A stretch of 64,000 bases of DNA, taken from assembly GCA_030390025.1 (NCBI GenBank), contig CM059432.1, positions 52,144,001 through 52,208,000 of the forward strand. The letters run 5' to 3'. Positions 52,839 through 64,000 of the stretch are shown piece after piece. Positions within the stretch are counted from its first letter, which is position 1. Each line of letters opens with the position of its first letter. Below the pieces are notes generated by a model. That model saw nothing but the letters and a program-made list of their open reading frames with translations, was not told the DNA's origin and made no database searches. The position numbers were made by a program, and so were the translations under genes. Origin of the DNA: Squalus acanthias. Its lineage: Eukaryota.

Positions 52839-54199
52839 GCCTTTGCCTATCCTAATGATGTCACGCAGTGCTATCTCAGTGGCTGCAGCATGGCTGGTGG
52901 AAGGCTGCTGACTTTCAGTGGGGGCACTGCAGAGATGGCCTTGCAGGACGACTTCAAGGAGCTGGTAGCTGGGAATGTCAAATCGAGTGATGGTGTTTTT
53001 TCTTCGACTGCTTCTTCTTCACACTCTTCTCCCTCTTCTTGGTCAACCACTGGCTGGGCAGGCTGGATTTCTTGGGTGTGTGAAACGAGGAAGGCACAAG
53101 GGTAGAATTATGGTGAGGGGTGGGCGGGAGAGCAAAAGCTGCATGCTTGCACCATGTGCACTTTGGGATGAGGTGGAAATGGCATGTGAAAAGGAGGATA
53201 ACGTACGAGAATACCAACATCTTGTATCCTTTCAGCCCCGCCACTGGCCAAGAGCTCAGCCATGCCCCTGCCAAGAATGGCCAGCACTGTCTCCTCCAAG
53301 GGGGTGAGGTGAAGCTAGGAATGGGGGGTGGGCCTCGTGTTTAGTACAGGGGGGGGGGATCGTGAAATGAGCAGTGTGTGAGGCTAGTGGTGCAATTGGT
53401 AGGAGACGGCTTTTGAAGATGCATTCACTGACCTTGACCACTGGTCTGAGGTCATGAAACTTCTTTGGTCCCTGGAGCCAGATCGTGGGAGCGACAGCAG
53501 TAACAGCCTCAGTGATCTGGTCCCACATTGTTCTTTCTGGAGGGCCTCCTGGCCCCTGTGGGTAGAGGTCCTCTCTTGCAGTTTTGACCCCCTGCACAAA
53601 GCTGGAGTGCTGCGTGCAAGACCCTGGGTGCCCCTTCCCTGGCTTGTTGAGCCATTTTTGTTTGCGCTGAAGCACTTTTACCATTTTTTTACGTGCGGAA
53701 GGCAGTTCAGAGTCAGTAGCTGAAGACTGCCATTTAGGAATTATTTTTAAAGTTTATTTTTTTTTCAGAAAGCATTTAAGCTCTAAGGGCTAAAGACTGC
53801 CTATTTTTAAATGATTTTTATTTTTTTCATTTTAGAAGGCAGTTCCCCTTTAAGGGACCGACACTGCTTTCTAAAATGACACCTTTGCTTTAAGACAACG
53901 CTGTTCTTGCTTCAGGGATGCTACGGCCACGCTTCATTGGGCCTGTTGCTGAGAGTACCGCTGGAAAACTAGTCTTGCACAGTAGGTTTAACGTTACGCT
54001 AATTTAAATTGGCAGGCCTGCACTATTATTTCGGGCGGCCATTAACATCGGCTTGTACTGGCTCTTGCAGAGTTTAAATGAATACTGGCTTGCTGGAAGA
54101 CATTTATGACATTGTTAAAGTGTACAGGGAGTGCTGCTGGACGTTGGGAAGGTGTTGGCTGCTACTGGAAGGCCTCTGACTACACCACTTGCTCCCAGT

Positions 54200-55264
54200 C
54201 ATGGGGGCTCTATTTGCAGTCCCATTCGCACTGCAGCATGACGGAGATGGAGCCAAGACAGCAAAGACAAGCTGCTCGCAGAGGGAGGAAGGGGTAGAGG
54301 GCTCTTGTAGGAGGCCTTACCCACCTAGGATCTTCAGGAAACACTTCTCCTACCTGCACCTAAGCCAGGAGCAGTGTGTTCAGCGCCTACGCCTCTGCCA
54401 CCTCTTGCAACCAGACCTGCAGCCTCAGATCAGGGTGACGACGGCGTGGCCAGTTGCCCTCAATTTTTTCGACAGTGGATCATTCCAGGCTGGAACAGGC
54501 GACATAGCAAACACCTCGCAGTTCACCGTCCATCACTGCATTCAGGAGATCACAGAGGCTCTGTATGCTAGGAGAGGGGACTTCATTGTCTTCTCTCTGA
54601 ACAGAGAGAAGCAAGGAGGAGCATGCACGTGCCTTTGCCAGGATATTTGACTTCCCCATGGTGCAAGGCACCGCATATCAATACTGAGATGTACCGTAAC
54701 TGGAAAGGCTACCACTCACTTAATGTGCAGGTAGTGTGTGACCACGCCCAGTACATCATGATGGTGAATGCCCGCTATCCTGGCAGCAGTCATGATGCCT
54801 TCATCCTGCGCCAGTCCGCTGTGCCAGCAATCTTCCAGCCACCACGTAAAACCCAAGGGTGGCTGCTCAGAGACAAGGGCTATCCGCTCTACACCTGGCT
54901 GATGACTCCCCTCCGCAACCCCACCATTCGTGGCCAACAATCATATAACGACAGCCATGCTGCCACGAGAAACCTGATCGAGCAGACCATCAGGGTACTG
55001 AAGCAATGGTTCCGCTGCCTTGACCGCTTGGGAGGAGCGCTCCAGTACTCGCCGGAGCGGGTGTCCCAATTCGTGGTGGTCTGCTGCATCCTCCACAACT
55101 TGGCCATCATAAGGGCGCAGCCCTTGCCACCATGGATTCCGCGACCACTCAGGAGGAGGAGGAAGAAGAAGAGGAGGAGGAGGAAGGGAGGAGGCAGTCT
55201 GCAAATCCCCGTTCCAGACGGGCTGTCCGTGAGCGTATCATCAGACTCCGGTTCCTCTGAGTGA
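54200..55264 (+). pseudogene. Harbinger DDE transposase, frameshifted; first catalytic Asp motif (GAIDCTH) deleted
   Basis: Contains YRNWKGYHSLNVQVVCDH, ARYPGSSHDAFIL, DKGY and YNDSHAATRNLIEQTIRVLKQWFRCL. Convergent Myb-like gene remnants follow on the - strand (~55430-58250). Confidence 0.85.
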
Positions 55265-55994
55265 AACCCCAGATCCCCGTTGCTCAACACTTCCCCATCT
55301 TACCATCCCTCTGTCAAGGAACATCACAGCGTCTTCTTGGTACAATACTGAAATGAAAGCCAGCACAAAACAAACATTCCAAACATAATTTATAAATGAT
55401 TAGTTGACTTTGTAATGTAATATTGGAATTAATCACCCTTGTGCATTCCCTTAGTGTCTGTCTGTTGTGTGCCTTTGCCTATTCTAGTGCTCCTATGAAG
55501 TGCTTTCCCAGTGACTGCAGCATGGCTGGTGGAAGGCTGCTAACTTTCCATGGGGGACACTGCAGATGGCAATGCAGGATGACCTCGAGTGGCTCTGGGC
55601 TTAGAAGGCATGGGTGTAAACTGCACCAACTCGGCATGGGCGGCAGCAGTCTAGGCTGGCTGGCTGACAGGCAACTGCATTGGTAATGGCGGAGTGGCAG
55701 TGGTGGAAGTACGATTGCTGTCATCCTCATCTCAGTGCTCTGCAGCAGAACTTGTGTGCAACCTCACCCTCTGGGGAGCTGGTACCTGCTTTGCCCTTTC
55801 CCCCTGGCCTGTCTGCAGCCCACTCATGCCCAGTGACTCACCACATGCAGATCCTGCCTCTATACTACCCTCTAAAGTTCACACAGTGCTATTTTCTGAG
55901 CTGGTGCCTGGAAGTGTCAGATCAAGTGATGGTGTCTCTTCTTTTCCATCACTCTCCTACTTCCTGCACAAGCTGGGCTGGTGGCAGTTCTTGA

Positions 55995-57666
55995 GGGCTG
56001 GATTTTGATACTGGGCGGGTTGGGGTCATGTCATCCACTTTTCGTGTTATCCACCCGACTGCAATTGGATGTGGGAGATTGATGCAATTTTCACCTAATT
56101 AGGCAATTGAGTTCCAGCATGTGGGAACCCATGACCCAATTAGTGTTTTCAGTCTGAAAGTCGCCTCTGATGATGGGGTACCACAGGGATCGGTGCTGGG
56201 TCCCTTGCTGTTTGTGGTCTACATTAACGACTTGGATATGAATGTAAAAGGTATGATCAGTAAGTTCGCGGATGATACAAAAATTGGTAGGGTGGTAAAT
56301 AGCGAGGAGGGTAGCCTCAGTCTGCAGGACGATATAGATGGGTTGGTCAGATGGGCAGAACAGTGGCAAATGGAATTTAATCCGGAAAAGTGCGAGGTGA
56401 TGCACTTTGGAGGGACTAACAAGGCAAGGGAATACACAATGAATGGTAAGACCCGAGGCAAGACGGAGGGTCAGAGGGATCTTGGTGTGCAAGTACACAG
56501 ATCCCTGAAGGCGGCGGAACAGGTGGATAAGGTGGTAAAAAAGGCATATGGGATACTTGCATTCATTAGCCGAGGCATAGAATATAAGAGCAAGGAGGTT
56601 ATGATGGAGCTGTATAAAACACTGGTTAGGCTACATCTGGAATACTGTGTGCAGTTCTGGTCGCCACACTACAGGAAGGATGTGATAGCTTTGGAGAGGG
56701 TGCAGAGGAGATTCACCAGAATGTTACCCGGGCTGGAGTGCTTCAGCTATGAAGAGAGACTGGGCAGATTGGGTTTGTTTTCCTTGGAGCAGAGGAGGCT
56801 GAGGGGGGACATGATTGAGGTGTACAAAATTATGAGGGGCATAGATAGGATGGATACTAAGGAGCTTTTTCCCTTAGTAGAGGGGTCTATAACAAGGGGG
56901 CATAGATTCAAGGTAAAGGGCGGGAGGTTTAGAAGGGATTTGAGAAAGAACTTTTTCACCCAGAGGGTGGTTGGAGTCTGGAACTCACTGCCTGAAAGGG
57001 TTGTGGAGGCAGGAACCCTCACAACATTCAAGAAGCATTTGGATGAGCACTTGAAATGCCATAGCATACAAGGCTACGGACCAAATGCTGGAATATGGGA
57101 TTAGATTAGACAGGGCTTGATGGCCGGCGCGGACACGATGGGCCGAAGGGCCTCTATCCGTGCTGTATAACTCTATGTCATCATTGCTGCTGCATTGAAG
57201 GTCTTCAAAGACTGCCTGGCCTTTGCTGTGAGAGGACCTGGATGCAAAATGAGCAGCAGCAGCCCTAAGTCTGCTCCCAGATATTTTTGCACCACCACTC
57301 CCAGATATGTCTCCTCCTCATCCATCCATATATGTCTCCTCCTCATCCATCCAGATATGCCAGCCAGCCAGCCAAATGTGCTCCCGCCAGGTTTCACATT
57401 CGTGGTTCAGAACAGGCGTGCTTCACGTAGAAAAAGGGTTAAAATCACAAAGGCCTTTCAAAATGGCATTATAGAGGCAATTTAGTGCTTGTTAAGGGCC
57501 TTAACAGCCTATCCCGCCTCTTAGAGGCGGGACGGAGTCGGGACCAGCATACACGATTTAATGAAAATTGCGTGGAGGCGGGCTTGTGCCCGCCCACCAG
57601 TTTTTGCAATTTTATCCCCCCACACGCCTCCAAACCCACCTCCACGGGTCAATGAAAATCCAGCCC
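55995..57666. mobile_element. Family A MITE (inverted copy of 4347-5038) split by a CR1
   Basis: TIRs gggctggatttt / aaaatccagccc and TSD TGA (55992-94, 57667-69). Confidence 0.85.
56176..57174 (+). mobile_element. Young 5'-truncated CR1 LINE with an uninterrupted RT C-terminal ORF
   Basis: Open frame from [16 protein letters not shown] to the stop at 57104, followed by the CR1 3' UTR. The MITE sequence rejoins across it (ctctgatgatg|tcatcattgc). Confidence 0.92.
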
Positions 57667-58949
57667 TGAGTGTCTGAAAGGAGAAAGGCACAAGGGTCAG
57701 GTTGTGGTGAGGGGAGGGGGTGAAAGCAAGATGTGCATGCTTACACCATCAGCAGCTTGTAATTGAGAAGAGATTGTGAGGGGGTAGTGGGATGTGAGAA
57801 GAAGGATTAGGTATGAGCATACCGTCATCATCAATGTTTTCAGCCTCGCCGATCGCCACAGCCTCAGTGACGGCCCCTCCAATTATCTCCAGAACTGTCT
57901 CCTCCAGCTGGGTCAGGTTCTGCAGCTATGCTTGTGCCCCACCTGTTTGCTCCTGCTCACGCCAATTGTGAGCCACCTTGGCCTGCAATGGAAAGGGAAG
58001 TGTGTCAGTGAGTGTGGTGCTATGTGTTTGGTTGATGTGCCTATCATGGTTTAATAGCTGGCATTGTGTACAAGGTGCGAGATGTGAGGCTTGCAACAGT
58101 GGTAATTGTGTGAGGGTGAGGTGAAGCTATGATTGTGAGGTATGAGTAATGATTGCTGGAGATTGTAGGTAGGTGACTGATGGGGGTGTGGTGCATTGTG
58201 CTGTGTGTGAGGCTGGTGGTGCAGTTATGTTGAACATTGTCCACCAACACCTTGATTTTAAAATTCTCATCCTCATGTTAAAATCCCTCCATGGCCTCAC
58301 CTCTTCCTATCTGAACTCTGCAGTGTGAGTGCTCTTAACCCAGGTGGGTGAACCCTGTCTGTTCTCTGAAAGCAGTAGTGTGAGCACTGTGAGCTCTGGA
58401 GCTGGCTGTCACAATGAATGGATCAAATTACACATTGCAAAGATCTTGATTACTCAGACAGGCAGGATCTAATTACACATTCCAGACAAACTGCTGGATG
58501 TGTCTTGTCCTCCAAGGGGACCAATCAGAAATCTGGTCTTGTCCTCCAGGGGGACCAATCAGAACTTTGGTGTTACAAATAGTTACAGCCATAAATATAG
58601 GGTATTAAGGTTGGAACGAGTCAGTAAGGTGTTGTGTTCCTCTTGCAGTTGGTCTTCATAGGGAATATGGGACGCTATAGTCATTACTCTACATTTGGTT
58701 TGGCATACAATGACATTCATTTTCATTCAAAATCCTCTACATGCTGAAGTTGAGCCAAGCCTGGATCACACTCTGGGCATTGCCATGTTCTGGTGTCTGG
58801 TGACATCGATTGGAATCTTACCACGTGGTAGTCCCACTCCCACACAGTATTAAAAGAAAAGAAAATAATTTTTTTCCAAACAAGATAAATGTTCTCCTGC
58901 TCTTTAGTGCTCAAACTTCCCTGTTATCAGCGCCTGTCAGTCAGTAGTT

Positions 58950-59358
58950 AGCCTGGGGTTGTTCTCCTTGGAGCAGAGAGGTTGCGAGGAGATCTGATAG
59001 AGGTGTTCAAAATCATGAGGGGTCTAGAGAGAGAAACTGTTCCCATTGGCGGAAGGGTCGAGAACCAGAGGACACAGATTTAAGGTGATTGGCAAAAGAA
59101 CCAAAGGCAACATGAGGAAAAACTTTTTTACGCAGCGAGTGGTTAGGATCTGGAATGCACTGCCTGAAAGGGTGGTGGAGGCAGCCTCAATCGTGGCTTT
59201 CAAAAGGGAACTGGATAAGTACCTGAAGGAAAAAAATTTGCAGGGCTACGGGGAAAGGGCGGGGGAGTGGGACTAGCTGAAGTGCTTTTGCAGAGAGCTG
59301 GCACGGACTCGATGGGCTGAATGGCCTCCTTCTGTGCTGTAACCATTCTATGATTCTA
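58950..59358 (+). mobile_element. CR1 3' fragment
   Basis: Reads SRTRGHRFK...FFTQRVVRIWNALP...FKRELDKYL and ends in an attctatgattct tail. Confidence 0.85.
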
Positions 59359-60453
59359 GTAATGGTTGTAATGTATACTGCACTTTGTCTAAATAGCTAG
59401 TGAGCCCAAAAATTCTCAGTCCTTCTGGCACATGCGGAGGGTTGAAAGATAGGCCTGGGCTTGGATATGCCGGGCCCCGACCTAACATCAGAGTTCCCCC
59501 TCAGCCGTGTAAGGCCAGTGACATGGGTCCACGGGCAGGGACTTCCATTGTTCACCTTACATGGCATTGGTTCATAGTGCTTTTGCAGGCTGGTATGCCC
59601 AGTGAAAACAGGCGTACTAGCCTCTTTGGTGGAAGTAAGGCCTACCTGGTGGTCCAGGCCAGAGAAGCAAATTACGGTGAATCTTTTTTTGTTTTAATAT
59701 CTGCATGTTGCAGCCTTATGAAGGATGACGAAGGGGCACTTCATACAACTTGCTGGGGTTGCCCTGACACCTCCCAACCCAACCCCAGAAATGCCTAAAG
59801 CCACATTTTGTGACATCCTGGAGCAAGCGGGTGTCTCTTGTGCTACGGGCATCTGCCATCCATTAAGTCAGTGGTTCTCAAACTTTTTTGGTTGAAGGAC
59901 CGCTTTTCAAATGGATTAGTAATCACAGACCCCCCCCATCTAAATTATAATACTATATATTATAGTAATTGCAACTTTCCCACTCTTGTAAATTCTCTCA
60001 TGGAATTACAAAATCATAATATACAATATCTGCATTAATGATTTAGTTTAATACAATTCAGTTGCACAGCAATTGTAACAATCCCTGTCTTGACCAGTGT
60101 TTTTCCACTCAAATAGCACATGCATGCACTGACTCCAAAGACATATAAATACTTTTCCAAGTGTTGGGCTTTCGTGCAATGGCTGCAACCATCCAGCACA
60201 GGCCTAGCCCTTGCCAGCTGCTGCTTTACAAACATAAAAATAAAAATTTGACAAACAAGGACAAGATTTGCTAAGTGCAGTTGCTTTATTGATAATGCAC
60301 CACCAAGGGCATGGTTTGGGATAAGGGAATTAATTTTTAATATATAATAGATACATATAAAATTATGTTGCCAGGTTCCAGTCTATATTACTGCAAAGCT
60401 CTGGGTGCAACATGGGGTTTTATCCCACAAACGCGAACGATGTCCTGACTTAC

Positions 60454-60577
60454 CCAGTTTTCCCCGAGATTCCTCCAGCTTCTGGATCTTGTTCTCCAGG
60501 AACAGCATCGCGATCACAAATGCCACAACCGCTAGAAGCTGCAATTTGGGCGGCATGATAATTCTTAGAAGCCCCAT
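60454..60577 (-). CDS. HS2ST1: Heparan sulfate 2-O-sulfotransferase 1-like, first coding exon (cytoplasmic tail, transmembrane anchor, start of stem)
   Basis: MGLLRIIMPPKLQLLAVVAFVIAMLFLENKIQKLEESRGKL+G|gtaagt is nearly identical to the vertebrate HS2ST1 N-terminus as remembered (MGLLRIMMPPKLQLLAVVAFAVAMLFLENQIQKLEESRSKL). 124 coding nt, phase-1 canonical donor. Confidence 0.9.
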
Positions 60578-60950
60578 GAAATTATCAAGACATAACGCAA
60601 GTGTGAAAAAAATAAAGAAAATCGAAGAGCAGTGGGGGTCGGGGGGGGAGAGTGAAATCACATGCACGTGGTGGAATTAAGGAGAAACCAGAAGCGCAAA
60701 GAAAACATGGACACAGAGAGAATTTTGTCAACTGAGTTGACGCACATAATCATGTCACTGAGGAAACAGGAGATGAAGCTTTAAGTCACGGCCTCCCTCT
60801 CTCTCTCTCTCTGGCACCGATTCTCAGTGCTGTTTGCCAGGCAAAGGCTCAGCATTTTTTCTCCTTGCCGTACCCGCCCTCCCTCCGGGGTCTCACTCCG
60901 CCTGCTGCATCCAAACACCAACCGCTGTCGCTGCCTCGCGTAGGAGTCAG
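60578..60950 (-). promoter_or_regulatory. Putative HS2ST1-like 5' UTR / proximal promoter
   Basis: Non-repeat, locally CpG-richer sequence directly upstream of the ATG, with a GC-box-like cccgccc (~60873) and an E-box cacgtg (~60665). The TSS is not determinable. Confidence 0.4.
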
Positions 60951-61590
60951 TGGTGGAGGTCAATGGTGGGTACAATCTCATGTAATTGCCAGTTTTCATC
61001 CCTGCAGATTTTCTAAACAAGTATTTTGAAGAAAAATAACAGTCCAATGACTCAGAAGGTTTGTCCAGCAAGTAGCTGAGTCAACCAGGAAGGACTCCAG
61101 TCAATCCCTAGTGTGTTAGCTCATCTCAGCTACGGCTGTGGTACAGGAGCTACAATCGGCCTCAGCACCTTTGGGTTAGGGAGGGAAAGTGATCTGTTCA
61201 GCAATTCTTGTTGCAAATGCAAATGTTTTGGATGTTGGGTGAAGATAGGATCAGGTGTGGAAACCAGTAACTGGCATGAAAATTTGCTTCTACAGATTTG
61301 GAATCAAAGCTCAGTTTAACTATCCAGGACTCAACATAAGCAAGGTATCCAGCTATTTCTTTAATAGAAAATGTAATTGATTTCAGGTACTCTGAAAATT
61401 AGTATTATATCAATTTCTCTAATGTTGCTTAAATGCTTTTTAATACCCAAAGCATTTAATCGCTTAGCATGTTTTCTTATTGCTGTGACACAGAAGGCTG
61501 ACTTAGGTATTGAGTTAAAATATTACTCTGTAGTGTACAGTTTGTTTGAAGTTCATTGAATATCACTTCCTCCTCCTCCTATTGCTTTAG

Positions 61591-61682
61591 TTTTGGGGAA
61601 AATCCGAAGTGCAATTGGAAGTGCTCAGCTCTTAATGTCCCAGAAGTTCCAGCAATTCAGTGGACTGTGTGAAGAAAACATG
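61591..61682 (+). CDS. DLGAP1: DLGAP1-like exon (92 bp), GH1 domain
   Basis: Acceptor tttag|, then TT completes Ile with the A from 30060, followed by LGKIRSAIGSAQLLMSQKFQQFSGLCEENM|gtatgt. Confidence 0.95.
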
Positions 61683-61966
61683 GTATGTGAATATTGCATT
61701 AATCTGCATTCCATCACACATCTTCTGGCCAAGTTACTGTAACCATGATAGCACTGACTCATCCCAACAGACAGTGACTGACCTGAATCATTTAATCTCC
61801 CATTAGTTTTTGTATAACACTCCATGTATATTTTTACTGATCAAGCAAAATCCATCAAAACAAGGATCTAATAGAAACCAAAATGCAAACATGTGTGTGT
61901 CTGTGCATGCGTTCTTAGAAAAAAAACAAGTGTCAAGCTTACACATTCTTTTTCTGCTGTGCACAG

Positions 61967-62119
61967 AATCCGAATGCTTGTCCTCGACTGACCTCCCAAG
62001 ACTTGGCAGGATTTTGGGACATGTTGCAGTTGTCTATTGAGAATGTCAGTATGAAATTTGATGAGCTGCATCAACTGAAGGCAAACAGTTGGAAGCAGGT
62101 GGAACTTCCTGAAAAGAAG
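61967..62119 (+). CDS. DLGAP1: DLGAP1-like exon (153 bp), GH1 domain
   Basis: Acceptor cacag|, then NPNACPRLTSQDLAGFWDMLQLSIENVSMKFDELHQLKANSWKQVELPEKK|gtaccc, containing the hallmark DLAGFWD motif. Confidence 0.95.
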
Positions 62120-63014
62120 GTACCCCGGATAATCCACTTAAAGCAACAAAAAATGCATTTCTTGTTGTCGAGTTGAATATATTTCTGTAATGCTTGGTGC
62201 TTTTATAGATCTGTTTTGTGTGGCAATTGCAAGAGAAGCCATACTTCTAATCAGAGCAAATCCTGTGCCCAATAATTCTTTGAAATACATTGCACCTCAA
62301 GCTCCATCTTGTTAAGTAATTCTATAGTTGCCCCACTGCTGTATGGGCTGAAATGAGTTAGCTCAGTACATACCACAAATCAAACTGGACGGGGTTAGAT
62401 TTTCATCTTCACATGGGAAATCAATAGAATGAAAGTCAGACGGGTTCTACAATGAGCAGGCGATCCGCTCAGCCAGATTACTACCTATGCGGCAAACACG
62501 AAAATTTATCCCAGTAACTTCTGGTATTCTTCATTGGCTGCTGGGGCCTAAGAAATGACTGCCAACAAAAGGCCTTTTATTTTAAATTACAAAAATTGTA
62601 TTTTCTTGCTTCCCTAACTCCGCACCACATGCGATCCCACTCCCGCCATTTGCCGTTCCACCCCCTCCACTCCCAGGACTTATCTTCAGGCTGTTACTGG
62701 GAAGGCATGAGACCCAATATTGGGGACCAACGTCCTGTGCCTAAAGGACATCTAAAAGATGTCTGACCCGATATTAGGTTGACCCATTTGCCAAGTGTGC
62801 CCAGTAGCCACCTAAAACAAGTGTTAGGTCCCTTACATATGTAAATGAGGTCCTAACGCCTGTTTTAGGCAACTTTTTAAAATTGGAGTGTGATGAATGG
62901 AGCAGACAGTGTAAAGCCCTACTGCGCGCTTTTATCACCTTGTGCTGGACCACTCCGCTGCTCTCTTTGCGGGCCTGCCTACTTGTACTTTCGTGAAGTA
63001 CAATTTTTTAAAAT

Positions 63015-64000
63015 TAATTCACAGGATGTGGGTGTCGCTGGCAAAGCCAGCATTTATTGCCATCCCTACTTGCCCTGAGAAATTGGTGGTGAGCTGCCCT
63101 CTTGAACCGTTGCAGTCCGTATGGTGAAGGTACACCTAAAGTGCTGTTAAGTTGGGAGTTCCAGGATTTTGACCCAGCGACAATGAAGGAACTGCGATAT
63201 ATGTCCAAGCCAGATGGTGTGCGACTTGGAGGGGAACTTGGAGCTGATGGTGTTCCCATGCACCTTCTGCCCTTGTCCTTCTAGGTGTTAGAGGTTTGCG
63301 TGTTTGGGAGGTGCTGTCGAAGTAACCTTAGCGAGTTATTGCAGTGCATCTTGTAGATGGTACACACTGCAGCCACGGTGCGCTCGTGATGGTGGGAGTG
63401 AATGTTTAAGATAGTGGAAGAGATGATGATCAAAAGGACTGCTTTGTCCTGGATAGTGTCGAGCTTCTTGAGCGTTGTTGGAGCTGCACTCATCCAGGCA
63501 AGTGGAGAGTATTTCATCACACTCCTGACTTGTGCCTTGTAGGTGGTGGAAAGGCTTTGGGGAGTCAGGAGGGGAGTCACTCACCGCAGAATACCCAGCC
63601 TCTGACCTCTTGTTAAGTTTCTGGTCAATGGTGACTCCCCAGGATGTTGATAGTGGAGGATTTGACAATGGTAATTCTATTGAATGACAATGGGACGTGA
63701 TTAGACTCTCGCTTGTTGGAGATAGTCATTGCCTGGCACTTGTGTGGCATGAATGTTTCTTGCCACTTATCAGCCCAAGCCTGGATGTTGTCCAGGTTTT
63801 GCTGCATGCGGGCAGAGATTGCTTCATTATTTGAGGAATTGCAAATGGAACTGAACACTGTGCAATCATCAGTGAACATCCCCGCTTCTGACCTTATGAT
63901 GGAGGGAAGGTCATTGATGAAGCAGCCGAAGATGGTTGGGCCTAGGACACTGCCCTGACGAACTCCTGCAGCGATGTCCTGGGGCTGTGATGATTGGCCT
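63015..64000 (-). mobile_element. CR1/L2-group LINE fragment running off the window end
   Basis: Contains [19 protein letters not shown] and YKAQVRSVMKYSPLAW. Confidence 0.8.

Larger units (their letters stand above)
51455..53660. mobile_element. Harbinger remnant (transposase C-terminus +, Myb-like gene -) carrying nested RTE and SINE
   Basis: The Myb-like start on the - strand at ~53655 (MAQQAREGAP) parallels 20050. The 3' regions match 24100-24350 and 55260-55560. Confidence 0.7.

Noticed and set aside
54189..55264. Possible domesticated HARBI1 gene
   Set aside because: Frameshifted, lacks the GAIDCTH catalytic motif, and has several similar decayed copies in the window.
58723..58914. 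- strand ORF downstream of the HS2ST1-like exon, considered as exon 2
   Set aside because: No similarity to HS2ST1 exon 2 (no YNRVPKTASTS motif).
60940..61590. SELENOF first exon expected head-to-head with HS2ST1
   Set aside because: No matching signal-peptide exon was found. The region holds a SINE fragment and the DLGAP acceptor.
1..64000. CRISPR arrays, rRNA genes or prokaryotic operons
   Set aside because: No regularly spaced repeat-spacer structure or rRNA similarity was seen. The sequence is vertebrate intronic DNA.

Overview
Vertebrate genomic DNA, most likely from a shark or other chondrichthyan, judged from the HE1/V-SINE, SacSINE1-like DeuSINE, CR1 and Penelope repeat content. No prokaryotic features are present. 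The window holds five spliced coding exons of a DLGAP/SAPAP (DLGAP1-like) gene on the + strand: 14969-15333, 18638-18723, 29642-30060, 61591-61682 and 61967-62119. All splice phases are compatible, and the gene continues beyond both ends of the window. An intact first coding exon of an HS2ST1-like gene (60454-60577, - strand, GT donor, phase 1) lies antisense inside the 31.5-kb DLGAP intron, and I found no downstream HS2ST1 exons. The rest is mostly nested mobile DNA: PIF/Harbinger elements (transposase plus Myb/SANT gene), their deletion derivatives and MITEs, CR1, CR1/L2-group and RTE LINEs, tRNA-derived SINEs, and Penelope-like elements with minimal hammerhead-ribozyme motifs. One Penelope-like insert is a perfect palindrome with 92-bp arms and a ribozyme motif on each strand. 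Family assignments come from remembered sequences; no database search was run.
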